A stretch of 64,000 bases of DNA from Eubacterium sp. GTDB lineage: Bacteria > Bacillota > Clostridia > Oscillospirales > Acutalibacteraceae. Location: NCBI GenBank assembly GCA_051894075.1, contig JBJFHZ010000103.1, positions 9,549 to 73,548 of the forward strand, read 5' to 3'. Shown here in pieces: positions 29,665-38,637 of this stretch. The position numbers and the translations under genes were made by a program. How positions within the stretch are numbered: the stretch's first letter is position 1; each line of letters opens with the position of its first letter. Below the pieces are notes generated by a model. That model was not told the DNA's origin, searched no databases, and was given only the letters and a program-made list of their open reading frames with translations.

Positions 29665-30063
29665 TAATTTTTCAAGTCGTTTTTTGTGTAATGTGCACAA
29701 TAGTCAATTTTTCGATATGCAATTTTAAAGAAGTTTATACTATATCTTGTGGTTATAAATTTTAACGGTGTAATGCGTTAAAGCATTTTTTTGTAAAATC
29801 GTTAGAAATGCCTTATAAATTTCTTACAATTTGTAACTTTTTTATTTTGGCAGTTTATAAAATACAAGATATTGATATATTTTTGTAATTTTTAAAAATA
29901 ACACACAACATGCATATTTTGTTCATTCGGTGAATTGTTCATTAACGAACAATAAAAATATCCTATAACATTCTCATATTTAATTCATTTTACGGTATAA
30001 CTATGCTTATATGGATATTCCGTATTATAATATATATATTTAAAACTATTATATATACCACAT

Positions 30064-30095
30064 AAAAAAGACAGCCCGTAACGGCTGTCTTTTTT
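30064..30095. terminator. Intrinsic terminator
   Basis: AAAAAAGACAGCC/GGCTGTCTTTTTT. Confidence 0.85.
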
Positions 30096-30109
30096 CAGTA
30101 TTCAAAATA

Positions 30110-30931
30110 TTAATAGCTGTTTTTCTTATCCTGTTTCTTACAAACAGAAACATTTGCCGAAATAAAGCAGGCTGTCAATACGGCACCTGCAAGCATAAGT
30201 ATAACAAATATGCTTTTGATGGTATTGCCTGCCGCCTGAGCATATATCTGAGGATAAATATTAGCTTCTCCCCATTTAAAAAGCAGTCCTGCCGCTCCCG
30301 TAAAAATCAAGGTAATTCCTTCAGCAGTAAATGCTGAAAAAACCACTTGGAAAATGTCATAGGATTTCTTATAAAGTAAAAACAAAAGAACAATGGGAAG
30401 CATCATCATCAAGAAGCTGATTGACAACAGCTTTTGAAATTCCCCGTCAAAATTTTTGATAAAGCTTGTGAGCCCTTCTGCATTCTTCAAACCGAAGCAG
30501 TCGGCGTAAATTTTTGCCGCTTTATCGGCAGTATTATGTACAAGGTCTTTATCATACTTAATTGAGTTTCCGTCAAGGTACTCGATACAAAGCTGTTCAA
30601 ATCTTTCAACAGTATCCTTTGTATAGAGGGTGGTGTCGTGACCTCCGAAAAGCCTTCTGACAGGGGAATCGGACTTTATTTCATCAAAATTGTTTACTGC
30701 CTCAAATGCCCTAACGGGTATACCGCTTCTTTCCGCCAGTGCTTCTATTCTGCTATCAAAATTTCTTTGGCACTGCTCTAACACCCTATCCGATGTAAAA
30801 TGCTTTTGCATATAGCTTTCCGAGCAAAGAGTTCCTTTAAGCGTTACTGTCCCTGCAAACAGACATCCGCCTGTCGCAATTATAAATATAAAGATAACGG
30901 AAAGGATTTTTCTTGTAGATTTCAGTGACAT
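30110..30931 (-). CDS. Hypothetical membrane protein (1+3 TM around an extracellular helical domain)
   Basis: TM pattern; resembles 32486-33367. Confidence 0.7.
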   Translation of the reverse strand: MSLKSTRKILSVIFIFIIATGGCLFAGTVTLKGTLCSESYMQKHFTSDRVLEQCQRNFDSRIEALAERSGIPVRAFEAVNNFDEIKSDSPVRRLFGGHDTTLYTKDTVERFEQLCIEYLDGNSIKYDKDLVHNTADKAAKIYADCFGLKNAEGLTSFIKNFDGEFQKLLSISFLMMMLPIVLLFLLYKKSYDIFQVVFSAFTAEGITLIFTGAAGLLFKWGEANIYPQIYAQAAGNTIKSIFVILMLAGAVLTACFISANVSVCKKQDKKNSY

Positions 30932-30933
30932 AA

Positions 30934-31566
30934 TTATCCTCCCGTAATCTTACTGCCTGATATCATCTTACATACGCAGACAAATTTTTCATTACTTGTA
31001 CCGGGTAATGTACTGTTATCCGTATAAAGCACAAGGGCGTTTCCTATTCCCTGTGCACATTTGGAAAGTCGGGAATTGTTTGAAACAGTAAGGGTTTTTG
31101 TAACCTCAAACTCATAAACCGAATAAAATGTTGTAACAGTAACCACATCTCCTTTTGAAAGCATTTTCACCATATTACTGTCATTTTTATATATTTCAGC
31201 AAAGGATGCTCCCGTTTCTCCTATCAGTACATCGTTTTTTATATTGAATTTACCTGAGGCATTTACCTCATTTGCGTTATAGATAACAGGATATTCGGAA
31301 TTTCCAACAGAGATATTTCCGATTACCGTATTATCCGTGATACAGGAAGCAATATCCTGCCTGTCAACTGTTTCTCCGGATGAGCCTTTAAAATCCGTAG
31401 GCTGTTTAATATCCTCTGCCTGATAATCGGCAAGGCGGATTTCCGCTTTGGTAAAGGGATAATAATTCTTTGCCAAGGCGGTACAAAAAACAACGCTGAG
31501 CAAAACAGCCGCAATTACAGGAATTACCACTGTGTATCTTACCTGCCTCTTTTCATTATCGGTCAT
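30934..31566 (-). CDS. Sortase-fold protein lacking the catalytic Cys/His
   Basis: N-terminal TM; IG.I......PV.Y, L.KGD.V.V.T....Y.FEV, LVLYTD in place of L.L.TC. Confidence 0.6.
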   Translation of the reverse strand: MTDNEKRQVRYTVVIPVIAAVLLSVVFCTALAKNYYPFTKAEIRLADYQAEDIKQPTDFKGSSGETVDRQDIASCITDNTVIGNISVGNSEYPVIYNANEVNASGKFNIKNDVLIGETGASFAEIYKNDSNMVKMLSKGDVVTVTTFYSVYEFEVTKTLTVSNNSRLSKCAQGIGNALVLYTDNSTLPGTSNEKFVCVCKMISGSKITGG

Positions 31567-31618
31567 TTGGTAATCCTTCTTAATTTAGTTTGTAAATAGC
31601 AATTAAATACCTGTGAGC

Positions 31619-32464
31619 TTATCTGTTATTGCTTTGAGCCTGCAAAGCACTCTGCATAAAATTATTCTTTTTCTTAGGCTTGTACGGAGGCGGATTCTTC
31701 AGCTTCTTTGTAAGGCTGTTGTTCTTTCCGGTGATTTTATTGATTTCGTGAACAGGACCTGACATATACTCCGACATATACTTATCGGCAACTGTCATCA
31801 TATCCTTGTCATTTTTCATTTCTCCGAGAATTGTTACTCCGATAATATCCTGAACCTCGTTTGTTCCGTCCTCGTAAACCTCGTTAAGCATTTTGAAAAG
31901 CTTTTTTCTTTCCGCCTCATTGCCGTTTGCAATAACGTCAAGAACCTTTGCCGTACCGTGCTCAAGGAAAAATGTTTCGGGAAGAAACTCTCCGTACTTT
32001 GCAATATTAGCCTTAATATCATCCTTCATTTCGGGATACAGGGTACCGAAGCGGTTTGCAAGAGAATCGCTGTCATAGCTGATAACTCCGTTTTTAGCCT
32101 TTGTTCTTGATACAGCTTTGGGCATCTTTACTTTTTCAAGGTCAACCTTTTTTCTCTTGTTAAAGAGGCCCATAATCTCATCTTGGATTTCATTTGAAAG
32201 TGACTTTGCATCTCTTTCGTCGTATGATTCAGCGTCAAAAAGGCTGCGTGAAATTGTCTTAAAGCTTTCATTGCTTCCGTCATATTCATATGCACAGTCA
32301 AAGGCTACGGTACTGTTAGAGCCATCATAGACAACTCTGTAAGCACCCTTTTCACCTGCGAAGGTTATGCTGGTGTCAGTTTCCTTTTCTTTCTTAAAGC
32401 CAAGCTCTGCATTGGCATCTGAAAGCTGTTTTTCAACAAGATTTAATACATCAATAATCTCCAT
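31619..32464 (-). CDS. Hypothetical cytoplasmic protein
   Basis: 281-aa ORF with RBS AGGAG; no family recognised. Confidence 0.75.
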   Translation of the reverse strand: MEIIDVLNLVEKQLSDANAELGFKKEKETDTSITFAGEKGAYRVVYDGSNSTVAFDCAYEYDGSNESFKTISRSLFDAESYDERDAKSLSNEIQDEIMGLFNKRKKVDLEKVKMPKAVSRTKAKNGVISYDSDSLANRFGTLYPEMKDDIKANIAKYGEFLPETFFLEHGTAKVLDVIANGNEAERKKLFKMLNEVYEDGTNEVQDIIGVTILGEMKNDKDMMTVADKYMSEYMSGPVHEINKITGKNNSLTKKLKNPPPYKPKKKNNFMQSALQAQSNNR

Positions 32465-32485
32465 AGATAATTCTCCTAAAAGTTA

Positions 32486-33367
32486 TCATACTAAATTTTT
32501 TTCTATCTCATATTCCATATCACTGTTTTTCAGCTTAAAGGAATAGTATCTGTAATTTGAAATAAATATTGCAACGCCTGCAATAAGCATAACTGCACCG
32601 ACCGCAATAATGATAAAGCAGGTTTTTCCTGCCGCATTATTGATTGCGCTGTTATAAGCAGGAACATTTGTCAGGTACAGGACAGAAAATCTCATTTTCA
32701 TAATAGCCATTAACGGCAAAGAAACAGACATTCCTCCTGCCGATTCAAGAGCCATTGCGATAAAATTCAGAGAGCCATGTCTCCGACCGCTCATAAAATA
32801 GACTGCTATAGCCATAATCACCGAAACAACGGAAAGCATAACTGCACCTTTTGTTGAAGCCGAGAAAAATCCCGAAACAGAAGAAAATTCGCTTGAATTA
32901 GCAATGGTGTAAACGCTGTCAAAGGCTTCCTTTACATCATAAACAAGCTCTGCCGTTTTTTTATCGGAAAGCTCTTTTCCCTTTTTCTGCTTTGAATTAA
33001 ACCTTGCAACTGCATTTTTACAGCGCACCTCAACATTTGACGAGCTACTCACAGGCGTATATCTTCCGTTAAACAGCGAATTCATAGCCGTATTTTGAAC
33101 TGCAACACGGTAGTCATAGGAAAATGCACCCTTCAGTATCTCATTATCAATACCGTACTCGTACGCTATATCATCAAGCCTTTTATTAAGCTCCGCTGAA
33201 AGCTCATTTGTCACATCGGCGGTTGAAAAATACTTCTGCACAAAGCTCTTATTGCCCACAGTCAAGGAAGAAACCAACAGCATATTGCTTCCTAAAATTG
33301 TAAAGGCCAAAGCAACAGACAGGCAATAGCAAAGAAGCTTGCGCAGACGATAGCTTCTCCTATTCAT
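32486..33367 (-). CDS. Hypothetical membrane protein, apparent paralogue of 30110-30931
   Basis: Same TM layout; start moved to MNRRSY after GAGGCG. Confidence 0.7.
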   Translation of the reverse strand: MNRRSYRLRKLLCYCLSVALAFTILGSNMLLVSSLTVGNKSFVQKYFSTADVTNELSAELNKRLDDIAYEYGIDNEILKGAFSYDYRVAVQNTAMNSLFNGRYTPVSSSSNVEVRCKNAVARFNSKQKKGKELSDKKTAELVYDVKEAFDSVYTIANSSEFSSVSGFFSASTKGAVMLSVVSVIMAIAVYFMSGRRHGSLNFIAMALESAGGMSVSLPLMAIMKMRFSVLYLTNVPAYNSAINNAAGKTCFIIIAVGAVMLIAGVAIFISNYRYYSFKLKNSDMEYEIEKNLV

Positions 33368-33551
33368 TCTCAATCGCCTCTGTCTGCACTGCCTGTTCTT
33401 CATAATTGCTTCCGTTGGGAAGTGCATCTTCTATAAACGGAAAGGTCATATAAAATATCAGCGCAGATGAAATAACTATAGCCAGCGGAATAATGATGCT
33501 TTTTATAACTGTATTAATTTTAAATCTCTTGAATTTTTGAGGGGCGTTCAT
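33360..33551 (-). CDS. Small single-TM protein
   Basis: MNAPQKF...IIIPLAIVISSALIFY; overlaps the next start. Confidence 0.6.
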   Translation of the reverse strand: MNAPQKFKRFKINTVIKSIIIPLAIVISSALIFYMTFPFIEDALPNGSNYEEQAVQTEAIENE

Positions 33552-33788
33552 AAAATCACCGTACTTACAAATTAAATCAGCATAATGACAAATGATATTT
33601 CGTAATATTATAACATTACTAATAGCATTTGTCACTAAATTTTTTAATAATATAATATTAAGAATTTAGTGTATTGATTATTAGTGTTTCTTGTGATACA
33701 ATATTATGAATTAAAATCAAAAAACAGCATTTTGTTTTTTGTATATTTTCAGCATAAGGCCATTTTATTTTTAACGGAGGGCTTCATT

Positions 33789-34853
33789 ATGAAAAAAATC
33801 ACTCTTGCTATTGTATTCGGCGGTGTATCCTCCGAGCACGATATCAGCTGTATATCCGCAAAATGTATCATATCAAATATAGACGTTAAAAAATATAATC
33901 TTGTGCTTTTGGGAATTACAAAGCAGGGAAAATGGTACATCTACAATGACGATGTCAATCTTCTTCCAAATGATATGTGGCTTAATTCTCCAAGCCTTAT
34001 TCCTGCGTTTATTTCTCCGGATGCATCTGTTCACGGTATTGTAACGGCAAAGGGCGACATCATCAGACTTGACGCAGTATTTCCTGTTCTCCACGGTAAA
34101 AACGGCGAGGACGGAACTATTCAGGGGCTTTTCCAGCTTGCTCAAATTCCGTTTGTGGGATGTGACTCCACCTCATCAGGTGTTTGTATGGATAAGGCTA
34201 TCGCAAACGCAGTCGCTGACGCTGTCGGAATTGCTCAGGCTAAATGGTGTGCATACACAACATACGATTACAGCAAAAATCCCGACCTTTGTCTTGACGA
34301 GGCAATAGAAAAATTAGGACTTCCCATATTTGTAAAGCCTGCAAATGCCGGCTCCTCCGTAGGAATTTCAAAAGCTCATACACGGGAAGAGCTGAAAACA
34401 GCTATGGCTACAGCCTTCAAGGAGGATAAAAAGGCTGTCCTTGAGGAATTTATAAGCGGGCTTGAGGTCGAATGTGCAGTTATGGGCAACGAAGAGCCTA
34501 TAGCTGCCGAGGTAGGTCAGATTATTGCCTCTGCGGAATTTTATGATTTTGACGCAAAATACAACAACCCTTCACAGCTTTGCATACCTGCAAATCTTAC
34601 TAAGGAAAAAAGAGACGAAATTCGTGAAACAGCTGTAAAGGCATATAAAGCAATGGGCTGTGAGGGACTTTCAAGAGTTGACTTTTTCGTAACCTCAGAT
34701 GGCGAAAGAGTTCTTTTGAACGAAATAAACACTATTCCCGGTCAGACTCCTATCAGTATGTATCCTAAGCTTTTTGAGGCTGTGGGAGTTTCATACACAG
34801 AGCTGATAGACAGACTTATTGATTTAGCAATCAAGCGTGGCGGAGTAATATAA
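33789..34853 (+). CDS. ddl: D-alanine--D-alanine ligase
   Basis: FGG.SSEH.IS, FPVLHG.NGEDGTIQG, VKPA..GSSVGI, FYDF.AKY, NEINTIPG. Confidence 0.95.
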   Translation: MKKITLAIVFGGVSSEHDISCISAKCIISNIDVKKYNLVLLGITKQGKWYIYNDDVNLLPNDMWLNSPSLIPAFISPDASVHGIVTAKGDIIRLDAVFPVLHGKNGEDGTIQGLFQLAQIPFVGCDSTSSGVCMDKAIANAVADAVGIAQAKWCAYTTYDYSKNPDLCLDEAIEKLGLPIFVKPANAGSSVGISKAHTREELKTAMATAFKEDKKAVLEEFISGLEVECAVMGNEEPIAAEVGQIIASAEFYDFDAKYNNPSQLCIPANLTKEKRDEIRETAVKAYKAMGCEGLSRVDFFVTSDGERVLLNEINTIPGQTPISMYPKLFEAVGVSYTELIDRLIDLAIKRGGVI

Positions 34854-34875
34854 CAAATAAAAACAGGAAGTAAAA

Positions 34876-35304
34876 ATGAACAAAATACTTTTGGAAATAA
34901 TCGGGACCCAGAGAATAGACGGTCAAAGGGACAAAACAGAGCTTACCACCGTGGGAACCATAGAGCACACAGAGGACAGCTATATTATAAAATATACCGA
35001 ACAGCAGGACCCACCCTTTGCTCCCATAGACGTTACAGTCAGAATTTCAAAGGACGAAAGGCTTGTTGAAATGACTCGAAGCGGAGCCTGTGAATCACGC
35101 TTGGTAATTGAGAAATCAGGCAGACATCTCTGCCATTACGGTACGGAATACGGCGATATTCTTATGGGCATTGCAGGTCATTCCATTGAGGCAGAAATAA
35201 ACGAAAATGACGGAAGATTTACTTTTTGCTACGATATAGATTTAAACGGTGCTCTTGCTTCAAGAAACGAAGTCAAAATGGTATACAAAAACAATCAGGA
35301 GTAA
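34876..35304 (+). CDS. DUF1934 domain protein
   Basis: Beta-rich, Y.T.YG motif, directly upstream of argS. Confidence 0.8.
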   Translation: MNKILLEIIGTQRIDGQRDKTELTTVGTIEHTEDSYIIKYTEQQDPPFAPIDVTVRISKDERLVEMTRSGACESRLVIEKSGRHLCHYGTEYGDILMGIAGHSIEAEINENDGRFTFCYDIDLNGALASRNEVKMVYKNNQE

Positions 35305-35305
35305 A

Positions 35306-36997
35306 ATGATGTCAAAAATAGTTAAGGAAACAGAAAAAATATTAAAGGACAAAATAACACAGGCGATAGAATTTGCTATTCAGGCAGGCGAACTGCCACA
35401 GGCGGAAATTCCCGAATTTATTATTGAGAGGCCGTCTAATAAGGCAAACGGCGACTATTCCTCAAATGCCGCAATGGCAGGTGCAAGAGCATTTAAAAAG
35501 GCTCCCCGAGCTATTGCCGAAAGCATACTCAGCCATATGGACCTTTCGGATACTCTTTTCAGCAATGCCGAAATTGCAGGTCCCGGATTTTTAAATTTCT
35601 TTCTTTCTCAAAATTATTACAGCGAGATTTTAAAGGATGTTATTGCCTGCGGAGATGACTACGGAAAATCCAATTACGGTCAAGGAAAAAAAGTGCTTGT
35701 TGAATTTGTTTCTGCAAATCCCACAGGTCCTATGCACATAGGTAACGCAAGAGGCGGCGCAATCGGTGACTGTCTTGCGTCTGTTCTTGACTGGGCAGGC
35801 TATGATGTCAGCAGAGAATTTTATGTAAACGATGCAGGAAATCAGATTGAAAAATTCGGTCTGTCACTTGAGGTCAGATATCTTCAGCACTTTGACAGCA
35901 GTGTTGAAATGCCTGAGGACGCCTATCACGGTGCCGATATTACAGAACACGCCGAAAGCTTTATTAAGGAATACGGCGACAAATACGTTTCAGCCACTAC
36001 TGAGGAAAGAAGAAAGGCACTTGTTGATTTTGCTCTGCCGAAAAACATTGCAGGTCTTGAAAGAGACCTTGGCAGATACAGAATTAAATATGACAAATGG
36101 TTTAAGGAATCAACATTGCACAATGACGGCTCTGTTGATAAGGTCATAAACGCCCTTAAAGAAAAAGGCGTAACATATGAGCTCGACGGAGCTTTATGGT
36201 TCAAAGCCTCGGAATTTGGCAATGATAAGGATATAGTTCTTATCCGTGCAAACGGACTGCCCACCTATATTGTTCCCGATATTGCATACCACTATAACAA
36301 GCTTGTTACAAGAGGATATGACAAGGCAATCGACGTTCTCGGTGCAGACCATCACGGATATGTTCCGAGAATGAAGGCGGCTTTAACTGCTTTAGGGCTT
36401 GACGCTTCAAGGCTTGATATTGTAATTATGCAAATGGTAAGGCTTGTAAGAGACGGCGAAACAATTAAGCTGTCAAAGCGTTCGGGCAAGGCTATTACTT
36501 TAAACACTCTTATTGATGAGGTTCCGCTTGATGCCGCAAGATTTTTCTTCAATCTTCGTGAGCCAAACTCCCATTTTGATTTTGATTTGGAGCTTGCCGC
36601 TAAAAAGTCCAGTGAAAATCCTGTTTACTACGTGCAGTACGCTCATGCAAGAATCTGCTCAATAATCAAAAAGGCTGAAAGCGAGGGCGTAATCCTCAGA
36701 ACACCAACTGACGAGGAGCTTGCTCTTTTGTCATCTGACGAGGAAAAGGAGCTTATCCGCCACCTTTCAATGCTGACAGATGAAATAATTTCAGCCGCTA
36801 AAGCATATGATCCTGCAAAAATTACCCACTACGTTATTGACCTTGCTACTCTTTTCCACAAGTTCTATAATGCTCAAAGAGTAATGGTTGACAATGAGGG
36901 CTTAATGCAGGCAAGGCTTTATCTCTGCAAAGCAGTTAAAGATACTATTAACAACATTCTTACAATGCTTAAAATAACCGCTCCCGAGGTTATGTAA
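35306..36997 (+). CDS. argS: Arginine--tRNA ligase
   Basis: AGPGFLNF, VEFVSANPTGPMHIGNARG (HIGH), GADHHGY, LSKRSG, YVQYAHAR. Confidence 0.97.
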   Translation: MMSKIVKETEKILKDKITQAIEFAIQAGELPQAEIPEFIIERPSNKANGDYSSNAAMAGARAFKKAPRAIAESILSHMDLSDTLFSNAEIAGPGFLNFFLSQNYYSEILKDVIACGDDYGKSNYGQGKKVLVEFVSANPTGPMHIGNARGGAIGDCLASVLDWAGYDVSREFYVNDAGNQIEKFGLSLEVRYLQHFDSSVEMPEDAYHGADITEHAESFIKEYGDKYVSATTEERRKALVDFALPKNIAGLERDLGRYRIKYDKWFKESTLHNDGSVDKVINALKEKGVTYELDGALWFKASEFGNDKDIVLIRANGLPTYIVPDIAYHYNKLVTRGYDKAIDVLGADHHGYVPRMKAALTALGLDASRLDIVIMQMVRLVRDGETIKLSKRSGKAITLNTLIDEVPLDAARFFFNLREPNSHFDFDLELAAKKSSENPVYYVQYAHARICSIIKKAESEGVILRTPTDEELALLSSDEEKELIRHLSMLTDEIISAAKAYDPAKITHYVIDLATLFHKFYNAQRVMVDNEGLMQARLYLCKAVKDTINNILTMLKITAPEVM

Positions 36998-37008
36998 AGG
37001 AGTAAAAT

Positions 37009-38424
37009 ATGTCACAAATTAAAAGCAAGGCGCTTCACCTTGTAGGAGACAGACTGTTTAAGTACATTTACAAAAATCCTAAAAGGAATATGATTAAGCT
37101 TATCAAAATAGGCAAGGCCTTTGCAGGAAAAATGTATCCCGAAAGCACTTTTACAAAGCCTATTGAAATAATTTCAGATGAGAAAAATATATGGCATCAG
37201 TTTCTTTTCAGAGGTCTTGACGAGGTTGACGGTGACTTTTTGAGAAAGGCTGTATTGACCTTCGGTATTGATTTAGGGCTTATCGGCACTTCAACCATAC
37301 GTAAAAAAAGAGAGGTTGAAAACTGCAATATCCCATGGGTAATTCTTATGGACCCAACTTCTGCCTGCAATATGAAATGTAAGGGCTGCTGGGCGGCTGA
37401 ATACGGTCATAAATCAAGCTTAACCCTTGATGAAATGAGAAAGGTTATTCGTGAAGCAAAGGCACTGGGAACTCATTTTTATATGTTCACCGGCGGTGAA
37501 CCTCTAATCAGAAAGAATGATATTTTAACCCTTGCAAGAGAAAACAAGGACTGTATTTTCCTGTCCTTTACAAATGCCACCCTTGTTGATGAAAAATTCT
37601 GCGAGGATATGAAGGAATGCGGAAACCTTGCTCTTGCTATTTCCCTTGAAGGAAGCGAGGAAACAAACGACGCAAGACGAGGAAACGGTGCATACCAAAA
37701 AACCGTTGACGCTATGAGGCTTCTTAAAAAGCACAAATGCCTTTTCGGTACATCTGTTTGTTATACAAGTCAGAATTACGAGGCTGTTACATCTGACGAA
37801 TTTTACGATTTTATGATAGAAAACGGTGCAAGATACGCTTGGTATTTCCACTATATGCCTGTGGGAAGTGACGCAGATACAAGCCTATTGCTTTCTCCCG
37901 AGCAACGTGAACACGTTTACAGAGCAATCAGAGAAAAGAGAAATTCCAAAACCGGCAAGCCGATTTTTACAGTTGATTTTCAAAATGACGGTGAATTTGT
38001 GGGTGGCTGTATTGCAGGGGGAAGAAACTATTTCCACATCAACTCCGAGGGCGACGTTGAGCCCTGCGTATTCATTCACTATTCAGACTCAAACATCAGG
38101 GAAAAAAGCATTCTTGAATGTCTTAAGGCTCCCCTTTTCCATGAGTACTACAAGGGTCAGCCCTTTAATGACAATATGCTTCGCCCCTGTCCCATGCTGG
38201 AAAATCCTCAGGCGCTTAGAAATCTTGTAAACAAAACAGGTGCTAAATCCACAAACCTTATGAAAGCGGAAAGTGCCGACGAGCTATGTGCAAAATGCGA
38301 TATGTACGCAAAGGCTTGGGCACCTAAGGCAAAGGAAATTTGGGAGGAGCAGGAGCGCTTCCATCCGTTTACACAGTATTACCGTGACACCCCTGAGGGC
38401 AAAGCAGAATCTAATAAAAAATAA
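37009..38424 (+). CDS. Radical SAM protein with C-terminal Cys cluster (SPASM/twitch-like)
   Basis: CNMKCKGC, TGGEP, GCIAGG...H....GDVEPCVF, PCPMLE. Confidence 0.9.
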   Translation: MSQIKSKALHLVGDRLFKYIYKNPKRNMIKLIKIGKAFAGKMYPESTFTKPIEIISDEKNIWHQFLFRGLDEVDGDFLRKAVLTFGIDLGLIGTSTIRKKREVENCNIPWVILMDPTSACNMKCKGCWAAEYGHKSSLTLDEMRKVIREAKALGTHFYMFTGGEPLIRKNDILTLARENKDCIFLSFTNATLVDEKFCEDMKECGNLALAISLEGSEETNDARRGNGAYQKTVDAMRLLKKHKCLFGTSVCYTSQNYEAVTSDEFYDFMIENGARYAWYFHYMPVGSDADTSLLLSPEQREHVYRAIREKRNSKTGKPIFTVDFQNDGEFVGGCIAGGRNYFHINSEGDVEPCVFIHYSDSNIREKSILECLKAPLFHEYYKGQPFNDNMLRPCPMLENPQALRNLVNKTGAKSTNLMKAESADELCAKCDMYAKAWAPKAKEIWEEQERFHPFTQYYRDTPEGKAESNKK

Positions 38425-38428
38425 AACG

Positions 38429-38459
38429 CAACCGCAGAAGCATTATGCTTCTGCGGTTG
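38429..38459. terminator. Hairpin terminator after the radical SAM gene
   Basis: CAACCGCAGAAGCAT/ATGCTTCTGCGGTTG. Confidence 0.75.
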
Positions 38460-38476
38460 TACTTTTACAAGTATTT

Positions 38477-38637
38477 TAAATTAGTATTTTTAGGGTTGTT
38501 ATTGTAAGAAATCACCGTAGGGGCGACCATTGGTCGCCCGCTTATAACGGGCTTGCACTGCAAGCCCCTACGAGAAATTTTTATTCTTTACATACTTTGG
38601 CGTGGTTCAGACCACTTTATCGGCAGTCTGAATTTTA
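38477..38637. repeat. Composite REP-like mosaic element, copy 2
   Basis: GTAGGGGCGACCATTGGTCGCCCG (38517) plus inverted CGGGCTTGCACTGCAAGCCCCTAC (38548-38571); left end TAAATTAGTATTT, degenerate right end overlapping the spoIIE stop. Confidence 0.75.

Noticed and set aside
37009-38424. Radical SAM enzyme as a RiPP maturase
   Set aside because: No precursor peptide, transporter or peptidase nearby; it follows argS in a housekeeping operon
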